Below, in pieces: positions 12,301 to 31,417 of a stretch of DNA of 64,000 nucleotides; position 1 is the stretch's first letter; every line of letters begins with the position of its first letter. Under the pieces are notes generated by a model, which ran no database searches, was not told the origin of the DNA, and saw only the letters and a list, made by a program, of their open reading frames with translations. Both the position numbers and the translations under genes were made by a program. Source of the DNA: the human T2T-CHM13v2.0 reference genome, Homo sapiens; the NCBI RefSeq assembly GCF_009914755.1, contig NC_060925.1; one strand, written 5' to 3'.

Positions 12301-14883
12301 ATAATTTTATATTTATAATTTGACAGAGAATTTTACTTTAAGCTCTAGAAGATTCAGTGTTAAACATCTTTTGTATATGGAGCTTGTCAAAACACAAGTG
12401 ACAAATTCTAACAGGTATGGAATGAAATTTATAACAAAATAAAAAAATAACACAAAGATAACACAACATTGCTAGCTCTGATTCAAAAGATGTTAAGAAA
12501 TTGAAAAGTACTACAAAAAGGATGTCAATTTTTTTAACAGTGGCCACAGGACACTAAAAAACAGCTTCAGAAACATTAAGAATCAATGATGTGTGAAATG
12601 TTGACATTTTCAGTATTTTGATTCACACTGTTACACTGTTTGGAAGATGATTGCCTTTAGGATAAAATTCCCATCATTTCATGTCAAACTTGAAAAATTG
12701 AAGTACAACAATATATATTGTCGTTACAAAATATACACAACTGCCTAGTCAGGCTCTTAACTTCTCTGGACTTAATAATATTTTTACTCTACTTTACCAA
12801 GAAGTCTAACAGCTATATATTCATATTATATTGAAACCTTATAAGAAAATTAATCCTCATAAGCATGAGTGAGTAAAATGATCCAAGAAAGGCCAGCTCA
12901 CTGTGCATAATCTTGGCTCTTTTTCATTAAAATTGCCTGTCAAGTACTGATAGAAATTTGAGATGCAGATAACCTGTAGATGGAGATGCTTTGTCATGCT
13001 ACAATCTAAGCCATGTATGTATGCTAAATACACATTCATGTGTGACATTTATGAAGTGAAGATTTCAAACCTACCACTAGTTAAATAAATACAAAATGGC
13101 TCATGAGTGTCAAAATAAGACCGTATATATACACATGAAATTACTTTCTTATCTATAAAATAATAACTAAGACAAAAGATAAGAAATTATTTCCCAAGAA
13201 AATTTTAGTGAAGTTTGTTCTACATGTATGCATTAATAAAAATCTCAACAATGACATCCAATCGATACAGTTCACTATGTTTCCATTTCATAATCTTATG
13301 GTGCTTGTTCCACTCATGCTTGCAGGATGCATTAACTAGATTTCTAACGTCTGGTCGTTCCCATTCCTCAACTATGTTGTCATATTTTTTTCCATCTCAT
13401 ACCACTAAGTATCAATATAAATTATAAAAAGAGCATCAACTTAGCTTATGTCACATATTAATTTAGTATCTTATCAGGAAATTTTCTGTTTTGAGTGCAG
13501 AAGTGGAAGAGGTCTGTCTCTATCCTTTTCTACTTTTATTTTTCAATCTTAATAGACTTGGAAGTATTTTACTCATGCCTTGATAGAGCATCCAAGTACC
13601 TTATAATTTCCTTGCATTAACCTAAATTCTCAGCTTCTACTTACTATCATAGGAGATTGGTTGTTGTCCCACACAATCAGTATCCTCCCACACACCACTA
13701 TGTATAAAACATTTTGAAAAGTTTAAGAGATATCAAGAGAAAGTACTATATGCATGATCTATGCCATATAGTATTTGATCTATTACTACTCTATAGGCAT
13801 GATCTATGCCATTACACAGTTATTAATTGGATAGCCTCCTATATTATAATACCATAACCCAGATCTGTTGGTTAATATGGCAAAGTAATGTGGAAGTTAT
13901 TTGTAGTTACAGGTTTTAATAAACTATTCATGACAATAAATTAAAATTTTAATTAAATAAACAAATTATTTTGTATATAATTAAAATATATTAAATACAC
14001 CTAATATATTATTTAAAATAATTAAAATGAAAATAGATGATTCTTTATCTTTATTTATCTTACAAAAAGATCACTGGCCAATATATCAGCAGCTTGCGTG
14101 TGGTATGTCTCATTAAGCATGAAGATCACCATGTATACTGTATCATAGATTTCATGTTTTTCTCAAATGTAAGGCACCCCTTTAACTTTTCATAAATATT
14201 AACATATTCAGCATAACAACATATTTGTTTACAACATACTCAATTTAATAGTATGTGTCTGTATAAAACAAATAGATAATATATGTTTTAAATACCATTT
14301 TGGCTGTATGAAACACCAGCCTCTTTATGTGAACCTTTCTCAACAAGAATCAATATGGGAACATTCATTCACATGTTTAAATTCTATTACTGAAAGCTGC
14401 TTCCTTTATCAGGATAAAACAGAATCATTGGTGGAAATATATTTTACTATTAAATAAAATCAAAACTATGTTTCTACAGGAAGAACAAACAAATTCAACT
14501 ACAGGACAGAGTAAATTTAGGAGAAATTTCCTAAGTTATGACTCTGAAAAAGAACAGAAGCATATTATGTGAGAGAATACATATAAAAATTTGATACTAT
14601 TGTATCTATTACAAGAAATCTAAAAATGTCAAAATGGAAATGTCATTTATATTGTTACTATGATATAAAATAGAATTAAGTCTAAAATTAATGAATATAG
14701 AAGGTATTATAAATCTATTTAAAAATTCCTTAATTGAAAACCTATGTCTGTTAAAAACACTGTGTGATAAAATGACAAAATATTAGAAATAATTTTTGTT
14801 AGTGACAGTGTATATCTTAGAATTTTAAATACATTTTAGAATAGTTTATGGTTTCTCATTATATTTTATAGTATTAAGGAATT

Positions 14884-15637
<754 letters not shown>

Positions 15638-15806
15638 ACATATTGTTACATATTTATAGGTAATTGCTTCAGCAACACTTTGTTTCCTGGTACAAAAGCT
15701 ATATTACTTTCCAATTGCTGCTATAAAAACTTACCAGACAATTAGTATTACTGAATTAGAATCAAAGTATCACATGATTACTTCCTTTTTGAGGAATCTA
15801 ATGGTG

Positions 15807-15870
15807 TGCATTCGTCAGGGTTCTCTAGTAAAGCAGAACCAATAGAAGATTGTGTACACACACACACACA
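15807..15870 (-). mobile_element. MLT2 (ERVL) LTR terminal fragment ending in (CA)n
   Basis: TGCATTCGTCAGGGTTCTCTAGTAAAGCAGAACCAATAG is the MLT2 terminus. Confidence 0.65.
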
Positions 15871-16985
15871 CATGGGGACATCAAAAAGTTTGTGGAAAAA
15901 TGGAATTAAACCAGAAAAAAATAAAATATAAACATGATTTCTCAACATAATCTCCATCAATTTCATGACACCTTTGTAAGTAATGACACCAGCCATTTAG
16001 TCCATTCCTAAAGAACCGAGGTTCTTGGGAATTTAACCATGTCAATGTAGTCTTTTTTATACTATTAACTGGAAAAAAATATTTAAATATGTTTTTAAGA
16101 TTAGAAAACAAAAATAACTCAGAAGGAGCCAAATCAGGACTATATGGTAGATGCCTAATAGTTCTCAAAACTCATAAAATTGCCGTTATTTGATGAAAGG
16201 AATGAGCACAAGACTATCATAATGGAAAAGGACTCTTAGGTGAAGATTTCCCAGGCAATTTTTTTTTTCTGCTAAAGCTTCAACCAACTTTCTCAAAACA
16301 CTTTCATAATAGTCAAATGTTATTGTTCTTTCGCCTTCCAGAAAGTCAACAAGCAAATTGCCTTAAGCATCTCCAAGGGAGTTCTGCCATGATTTTACTC
16401 CTGACCAGTCCACTTTTGCTTTGACTGGACCACTACCATCTCTTGGTAGCTATTGCTTTGATTATGCTTTGTCACCAGGATATTACTGGTAAAGCCATGT
16501 TTCATCCACCATTATCATTCTTCACATAAATACTTCAGGATCTTTATCTCATTGTTTAGGATTTCCATTGAAAGCTCTGCTCTTGTCTGCAGCTGACCTG
16601 GGAGCAATAGTTTTGGCACCCATTAAGTGGAAAATTTGTTCAACTTTAATTTTTCAGTCAGAATTACGTAAGCTGAACCAATCGAGATCATCTATGGTGT
16701 AGGTTATTGTTTCTGCTGTTAATCATTGGTGCTTTTCAATTAGAACATGTACAAAATAAAATTTTTCTTTGCAAATTGATGTGAATGGTTTGCCACTGCA
16801 GACCCCATTTTTAACATTATCTTGTTTCTTCTTAAAACGAGGTTGGTATTTGTAAACTGATGATTTCTTTGGGGCATCACCCACATAAACTTTTGGTAAA
16901 GCATTGATGATTTCACCATTCTTCCACCCAAAGTTCACTGTAAATTTAAGATTTGTTCTTACTTCAATTTTAGCAGAATTCATAA
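15871..16985 (-). mobile_element. Hsmar2 mariner DNA transposon, decayed, one TIR only
   Basis: TIR-like CATGGGGACATCAAAAAGTTTGTGGAAAA; ORF 16723-16983 MNSAKIEVRTNLKFTVNFGWKNGEII matches the Hsmar2 transposase N-terminus; WVPKLL coded near 16605-16622; HLPYSPDLAPSE in ORF 15881-16168. Confidence 0.92.
15925..16983 (-). pseudogene. Hsmar2 transposase pseudogene (frameshifts and stops)
   Basis: Mariner WVP and YSPDLAP motifs in broken frames; third catalytic D appears as E; 3' limit approximate. Confidence 0.85.
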
Positions 16986-17868
16986 TTCATTTGCAATCAA
17001 TTAATATTTGTCAAAGTTGCCAAGAAAGCATAATAAAGGAAGGGAAGCCTTTTCAACAAATGGTATTGAATAAACTGGATATTTACATGCAGAAGATTGA
17101 AATGAGACCCATCTCTTACACCATATCTAAAAGTCAACTCAAAATGCATTAAAAACTTAAATAGAAGACCTGAAACTGCAGAGCTACTAGAAGAAAACAA
17201 AGGGAAACCTTTTGGACATTGTTTTTGGCAATGAATTCTTTTTTGGCTATAACCCCAAAAGCACAGGCAACAAAAGCAAAAAAAGACAAATAGAACTATG
17301 TCAGACTAAAAATCTTCCGCTCAGCAAAGGGACAAATTAACAGAGTCAAAAGGCAACCTACAAAGATGAGGAAAATCTTCGTAACCATGCATGTAATCAG
17401 AAGTTAATATGCAAACTGTACAAGAAACTCAAATAAATCAATATAAAAAAAGACCCAGTTATAAAATGGGTGGAAGAACTGAATAGACATTTCTCAAAAA
17501 AAGACATACAAATGACCAACAGGTATAGGGTATAATATACAATGTCACTAATCAACAGGAAAATTAAAATTATAATGAATTATCACCTCTTATATGTCAG
17601 AGTACTTATAAAAAGTCAAAAGATAAACATTGTTGGTAACACTGTGAAGAAAATGGAACTTTTGTATACTGTTTTGATCATAGTGTAAATTGGTACAGGC
17701 ATTACAGAAATTTATGGAAGTTCCTCAAAAATTAAAAATAAAGTTATATAATCTAAGAGTTCCATTTTTTGGTGTATATCCAAAAGAACTGCAGTCAGTA
17801 TCTCAAAGAGATATCTGGAGTTTCAAACACATTGAAGCATTATTTGTCACAGCAAAGATACAAAGTTA

Positions 17869-18524
<656 letters not shown>

Positions 18525-19435
18525 TATATGTGTGTTTGTATATCATACATATTTAATGGACTATTTCATGGAATACTATTTAACCTTAAAAAAGAAGGAA
18601 ATCCTGTTATATGTTACAAATTGGATGAATGGAGAACAGTATACTAAGTGAAATAAGCCAGGCACAGATACCAAACACTGCGTAATCTCACTGTGTGTGG
18701 AATCATCTAAAAAAATCTTTCTCACAGAAGCAAAGAGTTGAACGATCATTGTCAGGGTCTGGGATGTAGTGGAAATAGGGAGATGTTGGTCAAATTATAC
18801 AAAGTTTCAGTTAGGCAGAATGAATAGTTCTAAAGATCTAATGTACAGCTTGGTGACTAAATTGCATGCTTGTACTTTGCTAAGAAAGTAAAAATCTTAA
18901 ATGTTTTCACCACACACAGGCAAAATGGTAATTATGTGAGAGATGGACATATTAATTAGCTCGATTGTGGTAATCATCTTAGAACATATACATATACCAA
19001 AATATCATAGAATATATCATAAACATATACAATTTCAATTTGTTAATTACATCTCAATAAATTGGAGAAAAATGAAAATATAAGGAGATAGAAACATCTA
19101 GTTTAGTATGTGTGAAATCCTTTCTCTCATAATATGGACCATATTCAGTTAATCTTTCCATTATAAGGTTGTATTAAATTAAGTTGCATTAATAAGAATA
19201 CTTACATAATTTATATATTTCCTAAGAGTATTAATGATAGAGGCCTTTAAAGTTTTCACTTACATTTTTGATCTTTGCTCTGTTTGCACACTAATCTAGA
19301 AGGTAAATATGTATAGCTATATTTTTGTGAGTGATGTTATCAAATGGCTTGATATTTTAAAAATGAGAGTATACTACACAATTATTCTGGTTTGTTGTAC
19401 TTGTTGTTGCTATTTTAACTTAAGAATACATTCTT

Positions 19436-20002
19436 GTCCTTGCGATAGTTTGCTGAGAATGATGGTTTCCAGCTTCATCCATGTCCCTACAAAGGACATG
19501 AACTCATCATTTTTTATGGCTGCATAGTATTCCATGGTGTGTATGTGCCACATTTTCTTAATCCAGTCTATCATTGTTGGACATTTGGCTTGGTTCCAAG
19601 TCTTTGCTATTGTGAATAGTGCCACAATAAACATACGTGTGCATGTGTCTTTATAGCAGCATGATTTATAATACGTTGGGTATATACCCAGTAATGGGAT
19701 CACTGGGTCAAATGGTATTTCTAGTTCTAGATCCCTGTCCTCAGGGATCACTGACTTCCACAATGGTTGAACTAGTTTACAGTCCCACCAACAGTGTAAA
19801 AGTGTTCCTATTTCTCCACATCCTCTCCAGCACCTGTTGTTTCCTGACTTTTTAATGATCGTCATTCTAACTGGTGTGAGATGGTATCTCATTGTGGTTT
19901 TGATTTGCATTTCTCTGATGCACGTTGTGCACATGTACCCTAAAACTTAAAGTATAATTTAAAAAAGACCCCCCCAAAACAAACAAAAAAACAAACGAAC
20001 AA
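19436..20002 (+). mobile_element. Short L1PA4-like insertion with 5' inversion (antisense 19436-19920, sense 3' tip and tail 19921-20002)
   Basis: Perfect 14-bp TSD AAGAATACATTCTT (19422-19435, 20003-20016); ORF 19410-19934 encodes ORF2 C-terminal [16 protein letters not shown]; CACGTTGTGCACATGTACCCTAAAACTTAAAGTATAAT. Confidence 0.95.
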
Positions 20003-21967
20003 AAGAATACATTCTTAAAGTCTTTCTAGTCCAAATTTTATTAAGAGCTCCAAATTAGCATGTTACAAATACCACGCTGTTTACCAAAGTCTTCTCTATT
20101 ATTGAGACTTCAGGTCTCCTGATTTTGCCAATAAAATAACAAGCTTATAAACGTGTTTCTATACAGAGCTTATATGACAAATCATTTTACTGCAAGTGCT
20201 TTTACAGCAACATGGTGCTTAAAATGAAATGTTAAGAGGTAAATTTATTTTTCAATTTGAATATATTAATTCAGATTTCCCTCCTAAAATGTTGAAGAAA
20301 TTGGTCAATCTTTACGCACATTAGAATTATCTGCCTTGTACCTACTAGTGGAAATCACTTTTCTTTGCAAATATTTTGCCATCTAATGGGCAATAGTGAT
20401 ATATCATAATAATTTAACTTGAATTTCTAATTCTTGTCAAAGTAGTTGCTATATTTTTGGTCTTTAGATATTTTGATAATTTTTACATATTTTTGAATAC
20501 TTTACCTACTAATATATAGAGGCTCAAAGCACATTAGGAAAGTGAACTATCTGGTTGCTATTTTGCCATATTTTCCCATATTATTTTAATTTCACTTTTA
20601 TTGACGTGTCAAAAGTTGTGCATGATCCAGCTTTCTTGTTATTTATTTTCAGACACAAGAGTAATTGGTGTTTTTTTAAGAAGCATATGTTTAACCCATA
20701 TAATAGAATACACTTCTATTTCCATCTAATAGAAATATTGCTCATGGTTATACAATAGTTTGCCAGATAAACATAAATCAATTTATACTGATTGTTATAT
20801 TATTTTGTGTTAACATTCAAAAGACTAACACCTCAAAAAATTAGTCTCAAAACCTCCTGTTGTAAAAAAAATTTAAGTAAATATTGTATACTTCTCTCTT
20901 GTGTCATCATGCTTTACATCTTTAATAATATTTATTTTATATAACAAGTATATATTCTGATATGTATATTCCAACACCTTTCATAGGTTTTGTTACAATT
21001 TTCCAGAGAATAACTTTTCATTTTCTTTGGAACCAACATATTATATTACAATTATTTTAATATATATGCTTTTATCCCTCCATCTTAGTAAGTTATCTTA
21101 GTAACTCTAGTAATTTTACAAGGTCTTCCTGTTTTTGTCACATACAATTATACTATTCATAACTCCTGATGATTTGGGTGTTAACACAAGTATGCTAATT
21201 ATAATTTCATTACAGTACCTTTAGCTTTCTTCAATCATAGCTAATAATATTTGTTATAGTAGAAATGTTTATTTTACTGGAATTTTGATGAAAATTGCTT
21301 CAGTATTTTGTTATTTAGTAAAAAATTTCCTGTTGATCTTTGGTAAATTTCCTTTAATATATTTATTTATTTTCATTTTACTAACTTTTTTACTAACTTA
21401 CCTACCTCATTGTTATATTCAACAACGAAAACAAAATCCATAGGGCTCTACCTGCCACATTTCTATAATTACTAAATAACTTTATGTATCCATTTGGTGA
21501 TTAGAATTTCTAATTTTACAGCAAGAAAGCAATATAAAGTAGATAAAATATGCAACATTGCATTTAGGCCTAGAATGTTAGTAATAGAAATAAATTAGAA
21601 AATATGTAGGTATGTGAACACAAAACATTGTGTTTTTTTTTGTGTGCATTGGAATAGAAATTTCTCCACAAACTAATCAGAGGTAAATTTATTTCCACCT
21701 CATCAAATGACCTGGAAGGAGAGTCATTATTCCTTATTTACCCTGCAGAACGATATATACTGGACGTCAGAAAGATGAGAGATATTTCTATAGGTGTTCT
21801 TACTTTTAAATAGCTTGTTGAATAAAACTTCACCAAAGACCAATTTTATACACTTTTAATAAAAATAATTTATTTAGTTATTACATCAGTTATTCCATTT
21901 TGTTTGTAATACTAAATATGTTTATTTTATACATATAGAACTAGTTTATTCAATAAATATTTCATAA

Positions 21968-22345
<378 letters not shown>

Positions 22346-22926
22346 CAGTGTATTTGTTAAACAATGTTAACTTCTTTTATTTTTAACCTAGCAATATGAA
22401 TGGCAGTGCCTAAAGCAAGAAGAAAAGACATTGTCACTGTCACTGGATAGTTTAGTGATTTTTAATAGTGCAAACCAGTATAGCTAAATGATAGATTTCT
22501 TTACATAATGAGTCTCTGATTAACAATACGAGTTGGTCTTGGTTTGCTTTAAAATGAAACTTACCCATGCAAAAAGCATTCATTTGCATACTTGTACACA
22601 CACTTTTAAGTAACACTTACACTTTATAAAGTGATGTAGATATGGGCCTATTTTCAGATTCAGTCATTTGTGTAAAGAGATGACTACTGTATCTAGATAA
22701 TGGCAAAGTTTCTTCAATTAGAGGCATGGGAAGAATGGAACACAGAGTTCAATCATAATTATTGTAGACATTTCAATGGACTGTCACTATATACACATTT
22801 AAAGTTCATTAGGTTCAAGTGGCAGTAGCAATCTAAAATTGTATATAATTCCAAACAATAATCTAACAATGCTGAATAATGTCACTTGACATCAAACATT
22901 GACTAAAATTTCTCCTAAAATTATAA

Positions 22927-23064
22927 GCTTAGTATAGAATATTTCCACCTAAATACTGCCTTGCAGCAACAGTAAATTTATATAGTGCTACCACATGTCA
23001 TCTTGTACTTAAATTAGGTGCATCATGCCCCTGAACAGCCTGTTCTTACAACAATCTTCAAAAG
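22927..23064 (+). repeat. 138-bp direct repeat, copy 1 (probable donor)
   Basis: Matches 24095-24232 with 5 substitutions and no gaps. Confidence 0.97.
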
Positions 23065-23779
23065 TGATTTTAAGCTCAAACTCCTGTGCACAGTATCAAC
23101 AAATTTATCACCTACTCTGCTGGTGAATCGTGTTGGAAATTGTTTATTTCGTTTCATTGAGCTTTGAAAGTGATCATAAATTCTGTTCAATAAAAGGAGA
23201 ATGTTAAGAATGTAGATTCACATGCCAGGTGGATATAGTAATAAATTTGACAGCTAGGATGACTATAATAAAATGAATATAATTTACTGGCAGGGCAAGA
23301 CTCTTGTACTAATATGTAAAAGACAAATGCCATTAAATATCTTGTATTTCATGATATGGTATGTAAATTTTTTGAAACGTGTATCTTGCAATAATTGCTA
23401 ATCATGAATGTTAAGATAAAGTAATTGCATCTTAAGACAAAATTATATGAAAATTACAAAGTTATGTAGCCTCGTTGAAGAATATAGAGCCTCTGAGTAA
23501 ACAATTCATTCACCTGAAATTCCTGATATTAAAATAGTCTAAATAAAGGAAAAGTCTATTTTTTGTCAACAATTGTAAGTTACTGAGAGCCTGAGTATTC
23601 TCTCTTGGCCTTTGTTTAACATGTTTTCCCTAGGAAATGAGTTAGATCTAGAGAATAAGACCTTAGATAATATCTTCCTTTGTTGGGTGAAAGGCTTATC
23701 TTGGGCTTTCAGTTCATTTCTGGCATGTACAAAACTTCCAAATAAGCACACAGTATCATACCACCAGAAAAGTTTGGAC

Positions 23780-24073
23780 AACTTTAAAATTAATTAATTT
23801 TATTGTACCCATCAGAGAACTGCGGTTTCAGAGTAAATTGTAATTCAGAAATTTGGAGCGACAGGTTCATATGAGTTCTAGCTGAACTTTGCTTACTTGC
23901 AGCCCAGGCCACCAAGTCATAAACTGATATGAACACTTAAATACTAATTTTGATGAGTAGCTAAAGGCTAAGGAAACAGCTGGAATTCATAATATTATAG
24001 GGGACCCTTCACTTTTGTGACTTACCTTCAAGAATCCTATCAGGTACTCATGGTGAAGATTCAAGAATAACCT
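23780..24073 (+). mobile_element. Possible old L1M 5'-region relic
   Basis: CCCATCAGAGAACTGCGG...GAACACTTAAATACTAATTTTGATGA...GGTACTCATGGTGAAGAT recalls L1MC/MD 5' sequence. Confidence 0.35.
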
Positions 24074-24497
24074 TGTCTTACTCTGTTTTCTGTTGCTTAG
24101 TATAGAATATTTCCACCTAAATACTGCCTTGCAGCAACAATAAATTTATATAGTGCTACCACAAATCATCTTGAACTTAAATTAGGTGCATCATGCCCCT
24201 AAACAGCCTGTTCTTACAACAATCTTCAAAAGAGTACCCAAAACTGGATAATTTATACAGAAAATGAATTTATTTCCTACAATTATGCAGACTGGGAAGT
24301 CTAAGTACAAGGGGATGCATCTTATGAGGGCCTTCTTGGTAGCAGGGAATCTTCACAGAGTCCTGAGTTGACACAGGGCATCACATGGTAACAAGGCTGT
24401 CTGCTAGGTCTGGTCTCTCTTACTCTTCTTGTAAATCCACCTGTTTCATTCCCTTGATAAGCTATTAATCCAATAACCCATTAATCCATGAGTGGGA
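24074..24497 (-). mobile_element. MaLR LTR fragment (MSTC/MLT1A-like), interrupted by the 138-bp copy
   Basis: TGTCTTACTCTGTTTTCTGTTGCT|insert|AGAGTACCCAAAACTGGATAATTTATA...CTGGGAAGTCTAAG...GAGGGCCTTCTTG...CAGGGCATCACATGG...TAACCCATTAATCCATGA. Confidence 0.85.
24095..24232 (+). repeat. 138-bp direct repeat, copy 2 (insertion in LTR)
   Basis: Copy of 22927-23064, offset 1168 bp. Confidence 0.97.
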
Positions 24498-24987
24498 GTA
24501 TGAAAATTTAATTTCTATAGTTTTCTTTGAATTAAAACTTTATGAATAGGTTGTGACCATTTTTATCTCTAATAATATATATCATACATTTTAATCTATT
24601 AATGTGGTTTAATTAGAATTCTAATGGAAACCATGTGTGTGGCACATTGATAGTGTTTAGCAAGTTTTTTATGTTATGTTATTGTGATTAGTTATAATTG
24701 GAATTATTTTAATTTACTTTTTAAACATTTTCTTTTGTTATATATTCTTTTCAACAATTTCTCTTTCTCTTGCCTTACTTAATGTAATGATTTTTTAAAC
24801 CTTAATCTATGATTATTCTCATCAGATTTGGGAGTTATACACCTTGTTACAAATAATTTTAATGGCGAGCATGGAATATAATTCATATAACCTAAGCTTC
24901 ATGTCTTACACAAAAATTAACTCAAAATGTTTCATGGGCTTAAATGTAAGACATAAAACTATAAAACCTTTAAGAAGATAGAAAATT

Positions 24988-25372
24988 AGCAACTCCAAAA
25001 CAAATAATTGTCAGATTCACCAAAGTTGAAATGAAGGAAAAAATGTTAAGGGCAGCCAGAGAGAAAGGTCGGATTACCCACAAAGGGAAGCCCATCAGAC
25101 TAACAGCGGATCTCTTGGCAGAAACTCTACAAGCCAAAAGAGAGTGGGGGCCAATATTCAACATTCTTAAAGAAAAGAATTTTCAACCCAGAATTTCATA
25201 TCCAGCCAAACTAAGCTTCATAAGTGAAGGAGAAATAAAATACTTTTCAGACAAGCAAATGCGGAGAGATTTTGTCACCACCAGGTCCACCCTAAAAGAG
25301 CTCCTGAAGGAAGCACTAAACATGGAAAGGAACAACCAGTACCAACCACTGCAAAATCATGCCAAAATGTAA
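24988..25372 (+). pseudogene. L1 ORF1p C-terminal remnant
   Basis: MKEKMLRAAREKG...YPAKLSFISEGEIKYF...PLQNHAKM*. Confidence 0.95.
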
Positions 25373-25435
25373 AGACCATCGAGACTAGGAAGAAACTGCA
25401 TCAACTAACAAGCAAAATAACCAGCTAACATCATA

Positions 25436-29260
<3,825 letters not shown>

Positions 29261-30228
29261 ATGAGAACACATGGACACAGGAAGGGGAATATCACACTCT
29301 GGGGACTGTTGTGGGGTGGGGGGAGGGGGGAGGGATAGCTTTAGGAGATATACCTAATGCTAAATGACGAGTTAATGTGTGCAGCACACCAGCATGGCAC
29401 ATGTATACATATGTAACTAACCTACACATTGTGCACATGTACCCTAAAACTTAAAGTATAATAATAATAAAATAAAATAAAAAAGAAAAAGAAAATTTGG
29501 GGGATCTATGGTTAGGCAAAGTTTGGACTCTACAGTTTGGCAGAGAGTTCTTACACTAAACAACGAAGCACAACAAAGAAATGTTTAAAGTGAAATTCAT
29601 CAAAATTTTAAAAATTTGTTCCACCAAGGACATTTTTAAGAGAGAATGAAAAGACAAGCTAAAGAGAGAAAGTATTTTAAAAGTATTCAGTAAAGAACCA
29701 ATGTCTAGAATATATAAAGAATACTGATAACAGTAAGAAAACAGTCTCATCAGAAAATAGGCAAAAATAAAAAAATAACTATTTCACCAGAGAATCTATA
29801 GTTAGCAAATAAGCTCACAAAAATATGTTCTTTATTATTAGTCCTTAGGGAAATGCAAATTAAAATCACAATGGCATGTCATTACCTACGTATCACACTG
29901 GCTAAAATGAGAACAAGTGCCAATATCAAATGCTAGGAAAGATGTGGAGAAACCGGATCACTCATATATTGCTAATAGGAATGTAAAATGCTACAACTTT
30001 TATTGAAAACAGTTTGGATGGCAGAGTCTTAAAAGTAAACATGCAACCACTATACAACCCAGCAACTGTACTCCTGAACATTAATATCAGAAGTAATAAG
30101 TAATGTTCATGAAAAACTTGTGTATGAATAATTATAACAGCATTACTCATTATTGCCAAAATCTGGATAAGTCCAGATGTTCCTTAATGGGTCTGTGGTC
30201 AAACATTCATAAAACAAAATACTACTCG

Positions 30229-30527
<299 letters not shown>

Positions 30528-31417
30528 TCAGCAATTTAAAAAGAAAAGAAAATAATAATCTATTGACACACACAACAATCTGGATGAATCTTGGGGAATT
30601 ATACAGAATCATAAAAGTTAATTCTGAAAAGTTACATACTACATAAATCCATTCACAAGTTGAAATGGCAAAATTACAGAAATAAAGAACAAATCAGTGG
30701 TTTCCAGCATTTTAGAGTGGAGGAATAGGTGTTACTATAAAAAGACATCGTGAGGGATCCTGTGGTGCTGGCTCAGCTCTTGACAGTATCAATGTCATTA
30801 TCTTGTTTATGATGTTGTATTATACATTTCAAGAGGTAACCATTGGGGAAAAATAAGTATTGAGTATATGACAATTCTTTTTTTATTTTTTTTATTTTTA
30901 AAACTGCATGTGAATCCCTGTTTTTATGTTAAAAAGTTTAACTTTTGGAGGAATCTGTTTATTTCTTGTATTTATTTATTTTGTATTTTCTTCAACTTTT
31001 ATTTTGGATTCAGGCACTACATATGCAGGTTTCTTACCTGTGTATATTACATTACAGGTTTGGAATATGAATGATCCCGTCACCCAGATAGATAGTTTTT
31101 CTACCCTTGCCCCCCTCCCTCCCTTCTCATTCTAGTAGTGTCCAGTTTCTATTGTTGCTATCTTTATGTTCAGGAGTACCCAATGTTTAACTCCCACTTA
31201 TAAGTGAGAACATGTAATATATGGTTCGCTATGTTAATTTATACTTAGTTTTCTGTGTTAAATTGTTTAGGATTATGTCATCCAGATGCAACCATGTTGC
31301 TACAAATGAACATGAGTTTGTTCTTTTTCATGTCTGCATATTAGTCCATGGTGTATACATACCAAATTTTCTTTATCCAATCCATCACTGATGGACATCT
31401 AGGTTGATTCCCTGTAT

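Noticed and set aside
15881-16983. Domesticated transposase gene (SETMAR-like)
   Set aside because: SETMAR derives from Hsmar1; this is Hsmar2 with broken frames and an altered catalytic motif
22927-24232. 138-bp direct repeats as LTRs or a giant TSD of a new element
   Set aside because: No TG...CA ends, primer-binding site or polypurine tract; copy 2 interrupts a pre-existing LTR, so the repeats do not bound a unit
29300-29335. G-quadruplex-forming tract
   Set aside because: Real G-run, but it is the standard L1PA 3' UTR polypurine tract and not specific to this locus
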